Shown here piece by piece: positions 61,501-64,000 of a DNA stretch of 64,000 bases; within the stretch, counting starts at the first letter, position 1; each line of letters opens with the position of its first letter. A program made the position numbers and the translations under genes. This DNA is from the human T2T-CHM13v2.0 reference genome, Homo sapiens. The DNA lies in contig CP086569.2 of assembly GCA_009914755.4 (NCBI GenBank), forward strand, positions 17,728,001 through 17,792,000. Reading direction: 5' to 3'. The notes under the pieces are model-generated. The model worked only from the letters and a program-made list of their open reading frames with translations, was not told the origin of the DNA and ran no database searches.

Positions 61501-61839
61501 ACGGAATAAAAAACACAAACCAACAAATAGTAAACACATTTGTCCAAGGTGTTACAGAACTGAAATGTAGAATCTACATTTACAAGTATACACTTTCAAG
61601 TATACAACTGCTTTCCCATGGAGATTTGTTCCTTTACTAAATATGTTGGATTCTGGTGCTAAATGTCAAAGCAATGGCTGTTCTTGTGTTTAATAGCCTT
61701 GGTTGAAGGGTAATGTAGTGAGGGAATCCTTTCCAACACAAAAATATAGTTGGTTGACTGCCAACTTCAAAATACATCTTTTCAATCTTGCTCCTTTGTA
61801 GGATTTGTTTAGGTTCCATTTGTACCAGCTGGGGAAGGA

Positions 61840-61900
61840 AAAAAATATTATTAATTAATTAATTTATTTATTTATTTATTTTTTATTTTTTTTGCTTGAA
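61840..61900. repeat. (ATTT/TTTA)n low-complexity tract
   Basis: ttattaattaattaatttatttatttatttattttttatttttttt. Confidence 0.85.
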
Positions 61901-62664
61901 ACTGATTTGAAATTCCATATTCTCTGAGGAATATGTGAAATTTCTGTCAAGCAGAGCTATTTCATTCAATCTGTTATCCCTGTGAATTTCTCAGAGAAAA
62001 GGGTTAGTTCTTTACCATGTAGAACAGCAGGATTCACAGAAGCATTTTACATGAAAAGTGACATGTTTCATCAAAAAACCACACTGAGACAAGAGCATTC
62101 CCTTGACCCCTTCAGCAGGATGAACTTGGAACAGGGGTGTGGCTCCTTTACTCCCGTTTGTAGGAGGAGGAGCACACAGGTGAGCAAGCACAGGAGCCGG
62201 GGAGGGTGTTTTTGGCTCCAGCCACACGGCTAAATGTTAGCCAGCTCAGCAAAGAGTCAGGATGACAGACTTTTACACCCTGCCCTCTTGGTACCTGGGT
62301 CCTTTTCATGTGTCCAGGAAGAATCAGGACAAACGGACTTGAAAAATAGTGAATGTAGAGGTTTTATTAAACAGTGGAGGTGGCTCTCAGCAGAAGGGGA
62401 GCTGGAAAGGGGTGGTTGTGGAAAGGAGGTGAACTTTCCCTGAAGCCTGGACATCTTTGGGCAAGCTCCTCTCCAAAGTTGTGCCATCTGAAGTTAAGCC
62501 ATGTCTATCTGTATTCTGTCACGCAGTTGCTTCTTCTCCTCTCAATGTTAAGCCACTTGTGTTTCTGCCAGCTGTGGTCTGGAGTTTATACAGGCACAGG
62601 ACAGGGAGGCAGAGTGGGCCAAAAAAATAACATTTGGGCAGAAAATCAGGAATAACTGTTCTCA

Positions 62665-63100
<436 letters not shown>

Positions 63101-63129
63101 CACACACACATTCACAAACCTTATTGAGT

Positions 63130-63245
63130 CTGGGCACCATGGGTCACACTTGTAATCCCAGCACTTTTGGAGGTCAAGGCAGGTGGATCACCTAGCTTAG
63201 GAGTTCAGGACCAGCCTGGGCAACACAGTGAGACCTATTAAAAAA
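63130..63245 (+). mobile_element. Alu left-monomer fragment
   Basis: ctgggcaccatgggtcacacttgtaatcccagcacttttggaggtcaaggcaggtggatcacc... Confidence 0.7.
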
Positions 63246-63742
63246 TTTATTTAAATAAAGAGTAAATAAGAATACTCATTTGTAAATATGTAAGTAGGCT
63301 GTAATTACCATTGCTACCAAGTACTTCTTTAGACAAAATCAACAGTTGGTCCTGAATTCTCACTTCTATAAGGAAAATTTTTAAAGAAAAGAGTTGTTGA
63401 AAGTGTATCTTAAAAATTAAAATATCATTAAGTTAGTCAGGGTAGCTAAAAATGAGAACACTTGTTTTGCTTTGGTTTTATGTTTAGTGTACACCAAGAA
63501 CATTTGTCTTTTTTTTTTTTTAACTTGTTGTTTATTCCCAGTGATATTTTAAACCTGCTTGGATACCATGAGAAGAAAATCTAATTAAATAAAATTGAAA
63601 ATTATTTTTAAAATATATAGTGTTGTTTTTAGTGTGATTTGGGCATTAAGTTTCTTGTTTTTGCTTCTTTTTTTGTTTTGCTTTAATCTGAAAAGCATGT
63701 TAACTCCTCAAAATCAGAGGTCATTTGGAAGGAATTAAAAAA

Positions 63743-64000
63743 GGCAGGCCAGTTCAATAGCCCACGCTTGTAATCCCAGCATTTTGAGGGGCTGTAATGG
63801 GCAGATTGCTAGATCCCAGGAGTCCAAGACAAGCCTAGACAACTTAGTTGGACACTGTATCTACAAAAAAAAAAATGTATATATATATATGAAAATTAGC
63901 TGGGTATGGTGGTACGCACTTGTAGTCCTAGCTACTTTGTAGGCTAAGGTGGGAGGATCGCTTGAGACTGGGTGGTTCAGGCTGCAGTGAGCTGAGACTG
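63743..64000 (+). mobile_element. Alu SINE (runs off the window end; (TA)n expansion in its middle A-rich linker)
   Basis: ggcaggccagttcaatagcccacgcttgtaatcccagcattttgagg ... atgtatatatatatatgaaaattagctgggtatggtggtacgcacttgtagtcc... Confidence 0.85.

Overview
This window is primate (most likely human) nuclear DNA, not a prokaryotic or viral gene system. It carries more than 30 Alu SINEs, LINE-1 pieces, endogenous-retrovirus sequence and A/T- and purine-rich microsatellites. I find no convincing host protein-coding exon, CpG island, tRNA or rRNA gene. By my own rough tally (not computed) about half or more of the window is interspersed repeat. Most listed ORFs are translations of Alu, L1 or ERV sequence, or of simple repeats (S/L/F/P-rich or E/K/R-rich artefacts). 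The main structures are: (1) a nearly complete class I, gammaretrovirus-like HERV provirus at 9866-19086 on the plus strand, with 469/468-bp LTRs, a tRNA-Glu-like primer-binding site (PBS), decayed gag-pro-pol-env, a leader tandem duplication and an Alu inserted in env; I tentatively call it HERV-E-like. (2) A 5'-truncated HERV-K (HML-type, betaretrovirus-like) fragment at about 53690-58100, with broken pol, an internally deleted env and a putative 3' LTR. (3) Two independent L1 insertions with the 5'-inversion (twin-priming) architecture, at 33482-38846 (20-bp target-site duplication (TSD), nested AluY) and 40907-43430 (18-bp TSD). (4) A ~430-bp local segmental duplication (3339-3765 and 19756-20185) lying on either side of the provirus. 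(5) A ~530-bp imperfect GAT/GGT minisatellite at 44165-44690 with a shorter relative at 48370-48470. (6) Young-looking Alu insertions with intact TSDs, several nested TE-in-TE insertions, a MaLR (THE1/MST-like) solo LTR and an unclassified LTR-like fragment. The 'undescribed biological system' the prompt anticipates is not supported by the sequence; the most informative object is the LTR-flanked gamma-like provirus. All coordinates were read by eye and are approximate to within about 10 bp unless a TSD fixes them.
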